Positions 1-13,529 of a DNA stretch of 64,000 bases are shown here, piece after piece. Every line of letters starts with the position of its first letter. Position 1 is the first letter of the stretch. The DNA comes from Trichoplax adhaerens (Eukaryota > Animalia > Placozoa), in the NCBI RefSeq assembly GCF_000150275.1, contig NW_002060945.1, positions 7,059,607 through 7,123,606 of the forward strand. Direction: 5' to 3'. The notes below the pieces were generated by a model that worked only from the letters and a program-made list of their open reading frames with translations, ran no database searches and was not told the DNA's origin. Both the position numbers and the translations under genes were made by a program.

Positions 1-1256
1 GTCGTCCCTAATCTATTTCGTTGAGTAATAAATTGTTATTATAACCCCGACCCATCCTTTTAATTGTTTAGTGTGGCAATTTTACTTGTACTGCATTTGC
101 AATCAAATTGGTGTACGTTAATATTAACTAGATAGCACTGTCTTCCCATTTTTTCTCTTTTATATTGTATTAGCTGACTGCTTTTTTGTAATTAGTTGTC
201 AACTCTATTCATAAGAATAAAATATCAAAGATTGACAATGATGAAAAAGTTGATATAAAATGCTAATCGTACGAACTTTTAACTTAAGGATAAGTACTGC
301 ACGTTATCATACAGTATGCACTTAAAATTACATACTGTATGTATTCACGATATTGAAACCGTCATATAATAACAACTCATCGTTGTTTTAATGATATTAT
401 ATAGCGAAAACGGTTGCCTGCTGATTAAGATTTTACAATGAAATTAACAAATTGATTGAATTCATCGCAATCACAAGACTACAAAATCGACAGTGCAATA
501 CTGCATACCCGTGTTTAGTGTAATCTACAGTATAGCTATGATGACACTTTTACACTAGGACTTCTACTAACACAATGTAATGATGCAATACTTTAAGACT
601 AAAATGGCGGATAACTTAAATATAAATACCAGTCCATGCTTAAATACAGTAAATGACAGATACAAATACCCAGTAAGATGACAGCTAGCCACAGTGAGAT
701 TTCTCGTATATGTGAATGAAATCCTTAAAATTAAATGACTTTCGATAGCACTGTTTACTATATGTTTACATTCACATATTAAGAAAAATTACTGAGTTCT
801 CAAAATTGAAATCATTTTATTTTGACATAAATCGAATTATAAAAATGCGATTTACAGCTACAGTGCGTACTTTAAAAGTAATACAACCATCCAGTTGAGA
901 GTACATTCTGATCATAACTAGTTATCGGGTACATGCAATTAATTAAATTATTATATTAAAAGATGCTAATGTTTGCGGACCAATTTTCATCATATCAACC
1001 ACTGATTGTAGATTTCAAAATTTTTAACATAACTAAACAACGCAACAGTTACAGTACTGAGTAAATTTATCCATAATAAAATAAAGAGCGACTCTAACCA
1101 GATTATGATTAAACGCTGTAAGCTTCAAATTCGCGATTTAACTACTTGCATGATACTATACAAAAATCAAATAGTTGCGATATTCTATCAAAATATCGAT
1201 AGCAAAAGCTTTGAGCGCCCTAGAAAAAGTAATGCAGTGGAATTTCTCTCGTTGCC

Positions 1257-4200
1257 TTATGATTGAATAAATCTTCTAAAAAGGGTAGCACCCCGTCTAA
1301 TCTGACCCTGCATAAGAAAAATTCTCAGCATTATTTTACTATTTATTATAAGGAGTTTACACGGAATATCTGTGAAGTTTACCTCGCTACGTAAAGATGC
1401 CATGCAGTCTTGCCAACTTGAATAGAATACCATATTAGGAGGAGCACCAGCTGCAAGGCTACAACGCAGGCATGAAAATTCTCATATCATGACACGTAAT
1501 AAAATGCAATTAGTTACTATAGAGCGCAGGGTCTTACCCACAGTTATTCACAGCCATAACGTTAGATACCAAATTAAGTGGATAAGTTATGTAACCGGCA
1601 ATATACTAATAAAGGTACAAAGCGATAGCTCAGTAATGAAAGTAAAAATAAGTTATATAGCGTAGTTTAAGTCTATCACTTACGTTAGAAACTGCTTGCA
1701 AATACAATTGATTTTCCTTCTTGCCTCCAATCTAATGATTAGAATAAATAGCATTAAAGCATACGATCCATTAATTTCTATCATAAGTATAAGCAAGTTC
1801 ATTAATTATCATAATAAGGTGAATTTAGCGCTATCTTACGCTTGTAACAATATATTTCTGGGTCACGTATAGCACTATATTGTATAACCAAACTGACATA
1901 AATTCGGCTACAAGTCTTGGAACAAAACCCCTATAATGGTTGAATTAAAATTTTTAAGTACAATTATTCTTGCACGATAATTTTATGAAACTTATTCAAT
2001 CTATATTGAAAATCGGGTGTTGAAGTATTAAATTTAGGTTCAACTTCAAGACTTACGAGAAAAAACCTTTAAAGCCTTCTTCCCTGTAAATTTCCGAAAT
2101 TGAGGATATTACACCCCTATATTATGAAAGAACATAGAGCAACAACAGTCAAGTTTTTCTAACTAACCCTGCATAACTCAGACGTCTGTGTCTTACCGGT
2201 ATACGTTTTCTTGACCAACAAATTGTGCCATCATTCTAACACTTATAACTGTAATAAACAAAATGTTAGCATATAAATAACTCGACAGTCTGCAAAAAAT
2301 TTTCTTTAAAGTTTATATATAAATATTCAGAATGTAAATTTCTTGTATTATTCAAAAAAAATACAACTAACCATGGAGTGGATAAGATACAGTAACGGCA
2401 GCCATGCTTGCTAAGCATTGTTCTGAGGTCTGCAGTATTCAAAATTGTAATTAAAATGATATTGCATATAATTTCTTACATCGGTGCATTCTTTGAATCA
2501 CTATCACTGAATAAGTGTACCTTACATAGATAGATATATTAATAATCGAATAAATCTACTAGTTAATTAATTAATTATTGATACATAGTAACAAATTATT
2601 TAACCTTGATAGCAAAAACTTTAATTTCTTCGACGGCGGTCTGTGGAACCTGTAACAAAATCAAATAAATATACTACAAACGTACCATAATGACAGCTAA
2701 AAGGACAATAGTATAATTAATCTGAAGATACAATTCATCCTGTTGATGCGCATGGTTAAATAAACATAATATTACGAACATTTTCTTCCTCTTCATCTTG
2801 AGATTTCTCTTCTCTAATAACCTAAAAATAATAAATATTCACATTTTACTATCACAGTAAACGAAAATATACTTGGAACTGAAAACAGTATAGAGCTTCT
2901 AATCTTTCAAGATGTACAGTGCCTAACGACTGGACTGACTAAAGAATATTACTATTAACATACGGGTATACGCGTATATAGATATTGATAGATATAGGAC
3001 TGAACCTAGAGACTTGAATGCTAAAAACAGTGACTAATCTAGATTGCAAATTATGAGCGGAATTTATAAATTACCAATAAGTATTATACCTTCAGAACTG
3101 AAGCATTGACGTTCGAGCTTATAATAGATTGAATTATCCTAAAATTTAATTCGGATAATAAATGATTCGGTTACTCTCTATTTACACTATTTACATAATG
3201 TGTACAGCAATAAATTGCCAATGAAGAACATAAGATATGTAAATTACCTACTATTCACAAAAGATACATTAAGGTTAAAAATGAAATAGAAATTGTTTAC
3301 ATATCTTATTTTCATAATTTCATACATTAATACTATATTAAAGTGTCCAAAATAAGAATAATACTTTACTTTACTAGCGCGAACTGATATCATTTCATAT
3401 TACCTTGGCGCAAGTCCTTTATACATGCCAAAAAATCCATCTGTTTTTCTGATGTAAGCCGCTAATATCATATAGAACAATTAAAATATAGTTAAAATTT
3501 GTTACGTGTGTACATATAAACAGACAAGTTAATAAATAAAGTAACTAATAAATGAGAGATGATTAATCGTTATAAGATACCGATAGATATTACTAGTAAT
3601 AAAACCCAGTAGTGCAATATACTTAGTGAATGATTAATTATAACAATAACGGAATGACGCCGTCTATCAACAGTCTATAATCAACTATTCGTATTGATGA
3701 AATAATTGCAACTTAGTCAATTGGTAATAATGGGAATTTAATCTATACGACGTTTACCAGTTTAGCTGTAATTCATTAGTGTATTTGTACTATATAATGA
3801 ATGTACGGATGTTAAACTAATACGATTCATTTTTGAGACAGAATTGCTTTTACCGTAGGTAAAAAAACCAGGCAGTTTTTGAGCGTTACGTCCAAACAGT
3901 GTAACACCATCAACCGGCGCAATAGGCTCATGACCAAGCTACAGGTTAGAAGATAAAAATAGTTTAAAAACGCTTATCTCATTCATGCTAAGCCAGGATA
4001 ACATGTTTACATGGCATTTAATTTGTGCACCGAAGTTACTTTGCTATTTTTGTAAAACTTAAATGAATGCGTATAGTATATAGTATACTGCAATAAGATA
4101 AGGTAGCTACTAAATAATACGCTTGTATTTTGCATTTTCTTTAAAGCTCCTTAAACTACAGTACCGTATTGTTGCCCAGTTAATGATTTATGAATGATAT

Positions 4201-5981
4201 TTGGCACCATCATTTCTTAAGAATTAGCGAGTTAGAATAATGATCTCTATTTGAAGTTTAACAGAATCCGAACAGTCCCTAGCGCAACGTTAGAGTTGAG
4301 AGTTGATGTTATGGAATAATAGCATGACCCCTTTGAATTCAGCAGTATAGTGTAGTATACGAATAAAAATTTCAAATAGTCTATTACGGATCAAGAATGG
4401 ACTATGAACCCGATTAGATTATAATATTTATTTATTATTATTCATGAATTGAAATAGCCCAAAATTCGTTATAGTAAGAGCGCCAATGCTCCAATACATA
4501 CATTATCTATTTCATCCCATGTAAAAAGGTCAAGTAAAAGATTGTTCAGTCATACTGTAGTTCATAGCGTAAGGAAGACAATATCGAAAAGTAAATAGCT
4601 ATCGTAATCATCAAGAATCGGAAATCGGATAGACTTTATGCGCAATTAGTGTAGGAAATACAGTTTTTATAAAAGAAACAACTGTAGCATGTGTATTGCA
4701 TATTTCTAGATCATTTAAAAAGAAATAATATAATACGTCTACACAGTATGTACAGTAGGACAGTTTCAGCTAAATACTTTAAGAACTTTATGTAAGGTGG
4801 CGGGGGCTAATGTACATGTCATACACTGTAATGTAATTCGATATGTATCAATCGAGCAAGTATTGTGTTTAGTCAGCATTTATCATCAGTAATCGTCGCT
4901 TAAGAATTTGACTGCACGCAGTTGCTCGATTAATTAATTGATGAAGGTAGCGACTGTGATGAGATGATACTGTATACTACACCGTGGCTGCATTGACTCC
5001 AGGATTATAAATATCGCAAGATATCTATCAATGATACTGTATGTGTATCATATGATGATGATACTATCATACTCGTACATCGATTTCTCCTCATGTCAAC
5101 TAAGTGATATTAATTACTATTCACACTGCTGTACTACAATAATGGATGCAGCTAAATTCACCAAACATGGCGGACATCTAAACATTTTTATCGCATTAAG
5201 TGCTTAGCCAGAAAGAGTTGAAAGGCCTATGAGAATACGAACAGTACATAGTGGAGTGCTGCAGCGACGAAAAGTTTACTCTAGAATATCAAATTAACAT
5301 TTGCAATCAGTTGTAATACTCGTATAATTAATTAATTAATGAATTCATCAAGGCGTGCTCGTATACAGAAGCCTAACTACACTGTGCGTCATTGACTGCA
5401 TCCCTTATTTGAGTGATTAGCTAACTTACAGAGATATTAAAAGATGTGAATTAGGTGTAAGAACTGGATAAAGCCTCGGAGCTATCAATCTATAACACTA
5501 CATGTCTCGATATTCCGCTATTGGGAATCGATTTTGTTGTGTAAACCATAGTGATATGCGTACGCCACCCAATGCAGTTGATGGCGTAGCAACAATCTGT
5601 TTTTCTTGGCATTTAAATACATTATACCTACTAGTTTTTACAATCCTTTCAATGGAAAATTAAGCAATAAGTGATATTTGGCGGAAGACTAAAGTAAAGT
5701 ACAAGAGATGTTTCAATCATTGCTGTCATCATTTTTAATCACATCACTCGATTTAGTCTACCAGTCAACTTGTCAGTCAACATCAACTTGTAGCAGACAT
5801 TAACCCCATCAGCGGATATCTTCTAAACATGATGGAGAGCTGTTTCACAAGAGGTTGTCGCAACATTATCCAGTTCATATCATGATGAAAAAAATTGATT
5901 TCATACCTGTATTAAAGTTTTGACGTAAATGAAAGGATGGCTAGCTAAATTAATAGCCACAGAGGACAAAATTGCCGTCAT
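1257..5981 (-). CDS. MTCH2: Mitochondrial carrier homolog (MTCH1/2-like outer-membrane insertase), 13 exons
   Basis: The spliced translation reads MTAILSSVAINLASHPFIYVKTLIQ (5981-5907) | LGHEPIAPVDGVTLFGRNAQKLPGFFTY (3938-3854) | AAYIRKTDGFFGMYKGLAPR ... SYPLHVISVRMMAQFVGQE ... EEGFKGFFSGFVPRL ... YPLNLVSNVMAVNNCGLAAGAPP ... GQIRRGATLFRRFIQS* (TAA 1257-1259). This matches the MTCH2 signatures (PLMYVKVLIQVGYEP; MAVNNCGLAGG; GNMSRGNSLFFR). All introns are GT-AG. Confidence 0.93.
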
Positions 5982-6129
5982 ATTCTAGCTGAAATTTGGG
6001 TTCTACTCCAGTGAACAATTCCCGCACTGCCGCTTTCCTGCTCGACATCCAAAGCTGTAAGTCTGGTCCAATGGGAAATCTCTTGACCTCAGAGGATTGC
6101 ACACTGTTCGGCGCCTGCATGCTGGCTAT

Positions 6130-6376
6130 TTACAGTACTGTACCGTACCGCGCCGTGCTGTACCGTGCCGTACTGTACTCTAGCGGACCGGACTGCACCA
6201 TAGTGTATCGGACTCAGACCGTATCAACTCCGAAACAGAAAACTGGTCTACAGTACAGTACAGTACATGTACTGTAGCCTAAGCCTTCTAATCGTTACGC
6301 AACTGTACAGTACTGTACTGTACAGTACGGTACGGTGAGGACGGTGTGGCTATGGTGTGGCCGTACAGTACTGTGT
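6130..6376. repeat. (GTACN)n pentamer-periodic tracts upstream of MTCH
   Basis: TACAGTACTGTACCGTACCGCGCCGTGCTGTACCGTGCCGTACTGTAC (6131-6178) and the opposite-polarity CTGTACAGTACTGTACTGTACAGTACGGTACGGT (~6303-6336). Confidence 0.8.
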
Positions 6377-7889
6377 ACATCAACATTAACTTCTTCAACG
6401 GTGGACAGACAGACGGTCGTCAAGTATTATCCGTATTAAATGAACATACTGACTTTGGGTGAAAGAGGCTAGACTGATGTCATACCGCCTGGCACGTTAT
6501 TACCCGGCTAAAAACCAGAGACTACTCAGCTAAAAATTCTCCCTCAAAAGCCGCAACTAAAACATTTTCCCCTATACTAAAATACACGTTCATTCTTTTA
6601 GTACATTTATTCCAATGGATTAAAGTTATAAAATAGAGTGCTTGATATCCGTATATAGAAAAAGATGATACAGCGAAAAATTCTCCTTCCAATATAAACT
6701 AGGTTACACCTAGTCTCAGCCCGGTGGATTGCATGTGTCAGAATACTCATAACTTAATTATCAGAGTTTGCATTATTACAAAATGTAAATCGAAATCTCA
6801 ATTTATTTTGTTGAAGTTTCAAGATTTGGCGGTAGACGATATTCTTAACTGTAGATGATAAAACTATTATTAAAGTGATCAGTGCTGCTTATATTAAAAG
6901 CCGTCAATAGCAATCTCAATTTATTTCTTTAAATATTGGATGATAGAGATGATACTTGGTCGTATAATTGACTGTAGTGAGTGATGTAGGATAAATCTTG
7001 AACGAAATATGCATACAGTGGTATGGCATAGTGTGCACAGTAATCAAGACAGTTATCTGATCGATACTGTACTTTGATCTAAAACAAAAGCGCAACAACA
7101 GGTAGACGTTTCTTCAAGTTAAGTGCTATACAATCTACAATCGAGCCAGATCTTGTGACTGACTATGCAATAGAAATTCGGAAAATATTCACCTTTTTAT
7201 TCAATTGAACAGTCGCTGTAGCAGATATTTTTAAGCCCTTTTAATATACACTTACAGCGACTGGTACTGAATATATGGTGATAATAGAGTACTGCAAATT
7301 GAATGAAATGCTTGTTGCTCACTTATGGATGGATACAAGCTTTGATTTCCTGTCAGATAATATCGTCATTCTATCAAGAACAATTCTTCATTTTATTCAT
7401 CTTACTCGTACTTTCCAAATTGATATACAGTACGTATGTAAATAAATATCAATGTGACACTCCTGTACAGGCTAATACCAATCTAATGTCAAATGGTGCG
7501 ATTTGAGCATAACAGTATCTTTTGATTATGATCAAATAAAATATATCATACCGCTTGTACCTACTAACTGAGATAATTATAATTAATCAATAGTATCAAT
7601 CTTATACCAAGTCACAAAAGTGTTGCAACCCTAAATTATATTATTTATGTTATAGGCTCATGTATCATAACGCAGAGCATAGAACATATCATTTAGTTCT
7701 TACTAAGATATGCAAAGACACTAGTAGAAAGTACTAGCACAGTAACATCATGCAGTAATTTAATAACAGACAATAGTCGACAATTTATTATAATTATTTC
7801 AGACATAACCAATTCTACTTGTTTATACTTCATGTATAACAAACTCGTAGAAGCGTATACGTTATGTATAAATATGCAGATGTATGTAT

Positions 7890-10800
7890 TTACCAATTTG
7901 ATGACACAAGTGAATTTAGTGCTCTCATAAGACGAGGCAAATCTCTCTTAAGAACTTTTCTATTTCCAAATTTTCTATGAATAGCCTAGAATGGGTAGTA
8001 AATCATATTCGCTATTCCTGATTGATTTGATATTGCCCTTTTAGCTATAACGTAAAGTCGGATAAACATTTAAACGATACATTTACGTACTTGATATTTG
8101 GAAGTCCAAGATTTCCAGGCAAGCTTAGCAATCTGACGAGCAACAGGTTTTAAGCTGTCTTCAGAATAGCTGGAATAATATTGCAGAGTCGGTGTCCATG
8201 ATTTATCAAATATCTTCAGCGATATCAGTGAAGCTGCTGCAGCAATTTGCGATGGCAGATATGATAGAAGACTATATTCTATCAAAGCAATCTCTGTGAG
8301 ATACCGCGCGAAGGTATGCTGCTCGATATCAGCCTAAATACAAATTGTATAACAGATATTGCAAGCGTGTTCATTGAATTTTATAACATCGAATTTAAGA
8401 TTATTTACTATTATTCCCAAAAGTAAAGCGCAAGATATTTTTATACGAATACTTACCGATGCAGCCTTTGATATACGTCTTAGGAAATGTATGGAAGTAG
8501 GCCTACTCAGGCTAAAATCCAAAGCTTTAAGAATTTTAGCTTCCATTTGTATAAATTCATTAATTTCATAACTGTTTTCTGTAAGATATAGGAGGTCGTC
8601 GGTAGAAGCTAAGAATATTTCTTCGTATTTAATTGCGATATAGAATGCAGCGATACCAACCAGCTGCAGTTTCTTTCGATTCACTTGGGTTGTCTGGAAA
8701 TTAGCATGCATATGTACAAACAATTCAATTAGTTTTAAGTACAAGGAGTATAGCGATAACCGCATTCAATATATCCAGGTACTTAGAAAATGAAATCAGT
8801 AATGTTTACATTATTTCAACTGTCATTTTATATCTTAAAATTTAGCTGTTATCATCTAAATATGTGAATTTTTAACCTTTTAACGGTCCTAAATCCGTAC
8901 CTGAAGATATCGATCAATAATATAAGTAGTCAGATATAAGCTCTCCGGGTGGAAATTGTATCGTAAATGAACATCAACAAGCCAATCAAGCAGAATTGCT
9001 CTCATTCCCTTAGTAATCACGGGCTGTCCAGTCATGTAATCTGGATCGAGTGTACATCTCTTCTGTAACGTAACAATTTACAGTTAGCATTTGATGCGTT
9101 AAATTAAAGTAATGATGAGTACAGCTCATAATCGTTTGCTACACTCAAGAATGTCTGATCTAGCTCTTGAATATGAAAGCTTGTTAATGCAGTGTAATCA
9201 TTAAATATACGTATCTTAGGATTAGAATTATTTACTATAAATAAGGATAGCTAGCAGTTTTTCATTTATTAAAACTTCTTTACGATGCAGGGGATAACTA
9301 CTATTTTAGCCTGAAAACAATATAAGTGAATGTTAGGCAAAAAACTGTGTAATAATATTACCTCTTGCTTGAGCATATTTTTGTAAATATCACTAATATA
9401 ATCGCTACACAACAAAGGGTCGTTATAATCCAAGGCATCGATGTCGACGACATAAGCCGGCAAGTATTCATTGTTGCGAAATATGGTCGTCAATACTTCA
9501 GATTCTCGTGTAACAGCGGTCTTCTTTTTTATTTCCTGATGAAAATTTTATATCGTCACATTTTATAATACTGTATTGATTAATCAAGTAAATATGAAAA
9601 TAGCAATAGTATTCAATCTTAAGCAAAATTTGCATTTCTTCACGATAAATACAATGTTAAAAGTACAAAGTCTGTTAAATATCGATAAATTTATGAAACG
9701 AGAATGTACTCGTACAGGTATATGAAAACGTACATCTGTCTAGCTACATTATTGTAAGTTGCGTCTAGTAGTAATAGTTCATCATATTGACAGATCAATA
9801 AAACAAGCTTATTAATATTAAATTCATACGATTTTGCGATCGATCTTCCCGTGAAAGACATGGTTACCAATATCTGAAAGGACTGTCCTATTCCCTTGCT
9901 GTACTTTATTCACATTAACACGAAAATTCTCATTGCTAGGCTTCATTTTTGAAGGTTTATGCTATAAAGAAATTATTAATTACATCGAAAAAATACAATA
10001 AAGATTCAGAATCCATAATATATTTCAAGAAAATATATGTAAATATAAAACTTCTATCGCCTATTGCTAGATTTAATCCAGCTACTTTAAAGATATGTAT
10101 ACCGCAAATGGACTACCGTAGCATTTAACTTTCAATATTTAATACAACAGTCTATGAAGGATCGTACAAGATTTAATTTCAGTTTTGAATCCATCTTAGA
10201 GATTAATTTAAACAATAAATCGTATTGAATATCCCAGGGATTCTTTCTTAGTTACTACACAAATATCGATCTACGCCAATCTCTAGCCTTATAAAACGAT
10301 TTACATATATGAAGATGTGGGAGAATACAGTAATTTTATTAATATTCGTACAGTACTAGTATTGCATCTAACAACTCGGAAGCTAGCTGCAGATTAGAAA
10401 CACTAAATGCATATACTGAATATGCTCTAATATCAGAAAAAATGTTTTATTAATACCAGGATATTAAAAAAATGGAAATTCACGACTTTTTAAATTATTA
10501 TAGTGGGATATCACAGCATTAAGGGTTTAATTGTACAAAAATAATTAGTTAGGCAGATTATACATATTAATAGATTATACTAATATATTATCATGCAAGA
10601 TCACTTCGAATTCTTAGGTAGCTATTCTGTAAAACTTACGAATTCCAATTAGCACGCTCTCCCCTGTTGGTAGGAATCGTAGAGTTAAACAGGGAAATCA
10701 CTTTTCAGTTAACAGCAAATACTGTATAATTTATATCCGATAAACAATTATATTATTACACTACACCAGAAATTAGTTAGTGGGTATAATTAGATCGTAA

Positions 10801-11074
10801 GATAGATGACTAGCTATCGTAAATACAATACGGAAATTGCAATGGAATATCGAGCAATTTACACCTTTTATTACATGTGAAATCGTAAGTTAATCTAACG
10901 AATTGAAGGCAATTAATTTCGTGTAGAAATTATCGTCAATACAAGTACAATGCACCAAAGTCCGATGTTTACAGTGTACAAGTATACCTCCTAAAGGGTT
11001 AAGGAATCAAATCATTTTGTTACGGTGTTATCTAATTCAAGAATGAGAATAAATGATACCAACTGCTGCTTCAT
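7890..11074 (-). CDS. CCNB: G2/mitotic B-type cyclin (somewhat divergent); first exon tentative
   Basis: The D-box RTVLSDIGN lies in exon ~9830-9961, followed by DPLLCSDYISDIYKNM, the cyclin box MRAILLDWLVDVH...IIDRYLQ (8901-9062), KKLQLVGIAAFYIAIKYEE and the cyclin-B signature FLRRISK. The last exon AIHRKFGNRK...SNW* ends at 7890. The start is either a 15-nt exon MKQQL|gt (11074-11060, phase 0) or the internal ATG at 9946. Confidence 0.88.
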
Positions 11075-12737
11075 CGCAGTACTACATGTACTGTACGGCT
11101 ATAAAAGTGTTCAACTTCTGTTTGAGGGTTCTTAGAGCACTTTTACTGAACGAATTCGAGTTCGATAACGCTACTGTTGCTATTTCAACATCTTAATCCA
11201 ATAGTGATCTCCTAGTTCAATAACCATCGATGATGATGATTCTGTAATTTTCAAAGTTGTACTCGCTGTATGGCTGCAATATATCTCTTCCTTTCTTGAT
11301 GATATATATTAAGTAAGTATGAAATATTCTTTTTAACAGAAAAATTTTACAATGCCCAAACCAATTTACGCAGATAGTAGAGCAAATATCATACTGTGAT
11401 AAGTAATACCGATTTTTGATCAGGGCAATCGTTTCCATTTGTAAATACGAGTAATTTAGTAATCATGTTTATCATTACGACATTGAGAAATATAAACATT
11501 ATACATGAGAATAACATATGAAAATATACAATTTGATAATTATTGCAGCGATAACATTAAACAGAATGCCTTAATGAACTACTTTACGCCCCATTTTATA
11601 TATAGCCATTTCAATGGCTTTATACTGATTGCACTATCTCGCAATGTAACAGAATAATCTCGTAAAATTCAGGTTGTTAATTAGCAAGTTTTGCGATCAT
11701 AGAATGTATGTAAGGGCGTGCTTAAGGAATGACATCTTGATAATATGCATTTGAGAACTTGTAAAGTGTACAGTAGTAGAATACGATAGCTGAATCTATA
11801 TCATCTAGCAACATGTGTTGTTGTATGGGTACGTATCGTCCAATAAACTTAGTGCGTACCTGTCAGGACAAAGCATCCTAATAAATAAATTAAATTTTAA
11901 AAATTGCTTTAAAAAAATCTTGCTTTCATAAGCTAGACTGTGCAATGCTTAATTTCTCGATTAATGCAATATATAATTTGAGCAATCGCAATTCACTCAA
12001 TTATATTATTTATACATGGTTAAACCAGATCGTATACAGTACGGACAAACGTCATATTCTGTATTGTGTTGTACTATGAAGCACTGTACGCTCATGTTTT
12101 CAACAGTAGATATTTATATGTACGATCTTTGTTTTGTTCAGAAAACCAACTAAAGAATAAAGATACATAATGCTGGTACTTTACTATAATTTATAGACAC
12201 ATACTACGAAAAGCGATTGTAACCATGCCGACAATTGTATATAGCAAAAAACGGTCTATAAGGCAGTGTTTATAATTTTAGAATACGGGTAAGCATATGC
12301 CGAATGGGATATACTCGTTGATAGTAGCGACACTCAATGTGACAGGTGGCTACGTAAGTTTTTATTTCATTCACATGCAGATGTGCTCAGTGAGCAAATA
12401 CTTTTTTATGTACTACTTAGTAATCAATGGTCCATGGCTATTACTCTAAGCAGTAAAAAGAAAATTCCATAAATACAGATGCCAATTGTATTGACATAGA
12501 CAGTTTTTAAACGTGAGTGTATGTGCACTGTATAATAACGTTCTTGTCAAATAACTTCATTCAGTCAAGCTGTTGTACTCTATGTACAACTCGTCCTGTA
12601 GCATAATAATGATCATCGTAGCTTACAAAGCTTTCACGTCTTTTCTTGTCAAAAGTATTACTACTGAGCAATAGGCCGAATTGTTGATTTCTATCTTTCA
12701 ATCAAAACGCTAAGCTGGTCTACAGACGATTTAAAAT

Positions 12738-13017
12738 TATACAGTACAGTATATTAGTTACGAGCTCCAAGTATCGGCTAGAATCAGATACAGTATGTAC
12801 TGTACAGTACTGTACATTGTACAACATACGAACAACACTAAAGGGTGGATTACGTCATTTTTGTGGTTGTGTACTGTACTGTACTGTACTGTACTTTTAG
12901 CCTTTTCACTTTCATCTTTGGTCTTCATACTGTAGTTTTTACTGTATCGTACAGTACATTGTACTGTACGAACGATAAATGAGTACTGTACAGTACTGTG
13001 TACTGTACAGTGTACAG
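12738..13017. repeat. (GTACN)n tracts between divergent cyclin B and CREB3L genes
   Basis: For example (GTACT)5 at 12871-12895 and a dense GTACT/GTACA run at 12940-13017. A CRE-like TTACGTCA lies at 12850. Confidence 0.8.
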
Positions 13018-13529
13018 CAGTTGGACGACTCCAACAGTATATAAATGCGCTAGAATTTGTCCATATAACAAATTTGGATGCAATGTGTCATCATCGAAAT
13101 CATTAAAGCTATCTGAAGTTGCTATTAATCCGTTTGCTTGTTTACAGCGTTTACAGGTATGGATGACAAATAGAAAAAGGATATACATGTGTCATTGACG
13201 AATATGAAGAGTTTATTGCAATGTGCTCTACTAAACGATGCTAACTTACTTACTGTACACGTACTGTATCGATGATTTAACTTCTACCCACTACCAGTGC
13301 TACATTAAACTAACGGTACAAGTACGCAAAGTACTGCAGAACGAACGAGGGATCGACTAGTTGATCAAAATTCGCCTCTCTTCCGTTAGGCTTTCTCCTT
13401 TCTATCCTCTGTATAAGTGGCTACACGACGTTATCGTAAGTAGACACAAGCTGCACAACAAACTGCTGCTAAGTTATATCAACATTGTCATATCCGTCAT
13501 ATACTGGCGATCCGTATGGTTTGCAAAAC

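Noticed and set aside
5996-6277. 93-aa ORF and similar Y/C/T/V-rich ORFs (12925-13188, 15235-15429, 48123-48389)
   Set aside because: They are low-complexity translations of the (GTACN)n tracts, mostly with non-ATG starts.
8359-9568. Plus-strand ORFs overlapping cyclin B (also 52385, 53283, 54249, 61918 opposite other genes)
   Set aside because: They are antisense shadows of real exons, with no recognisable protein features.
10640-10720. Candidate cyclin B first coding exon ending at a gtaagt donor (~10639, minus)
   Set aside because: It has a stop codon in the required phase; at most it is a non-coding leader exon.
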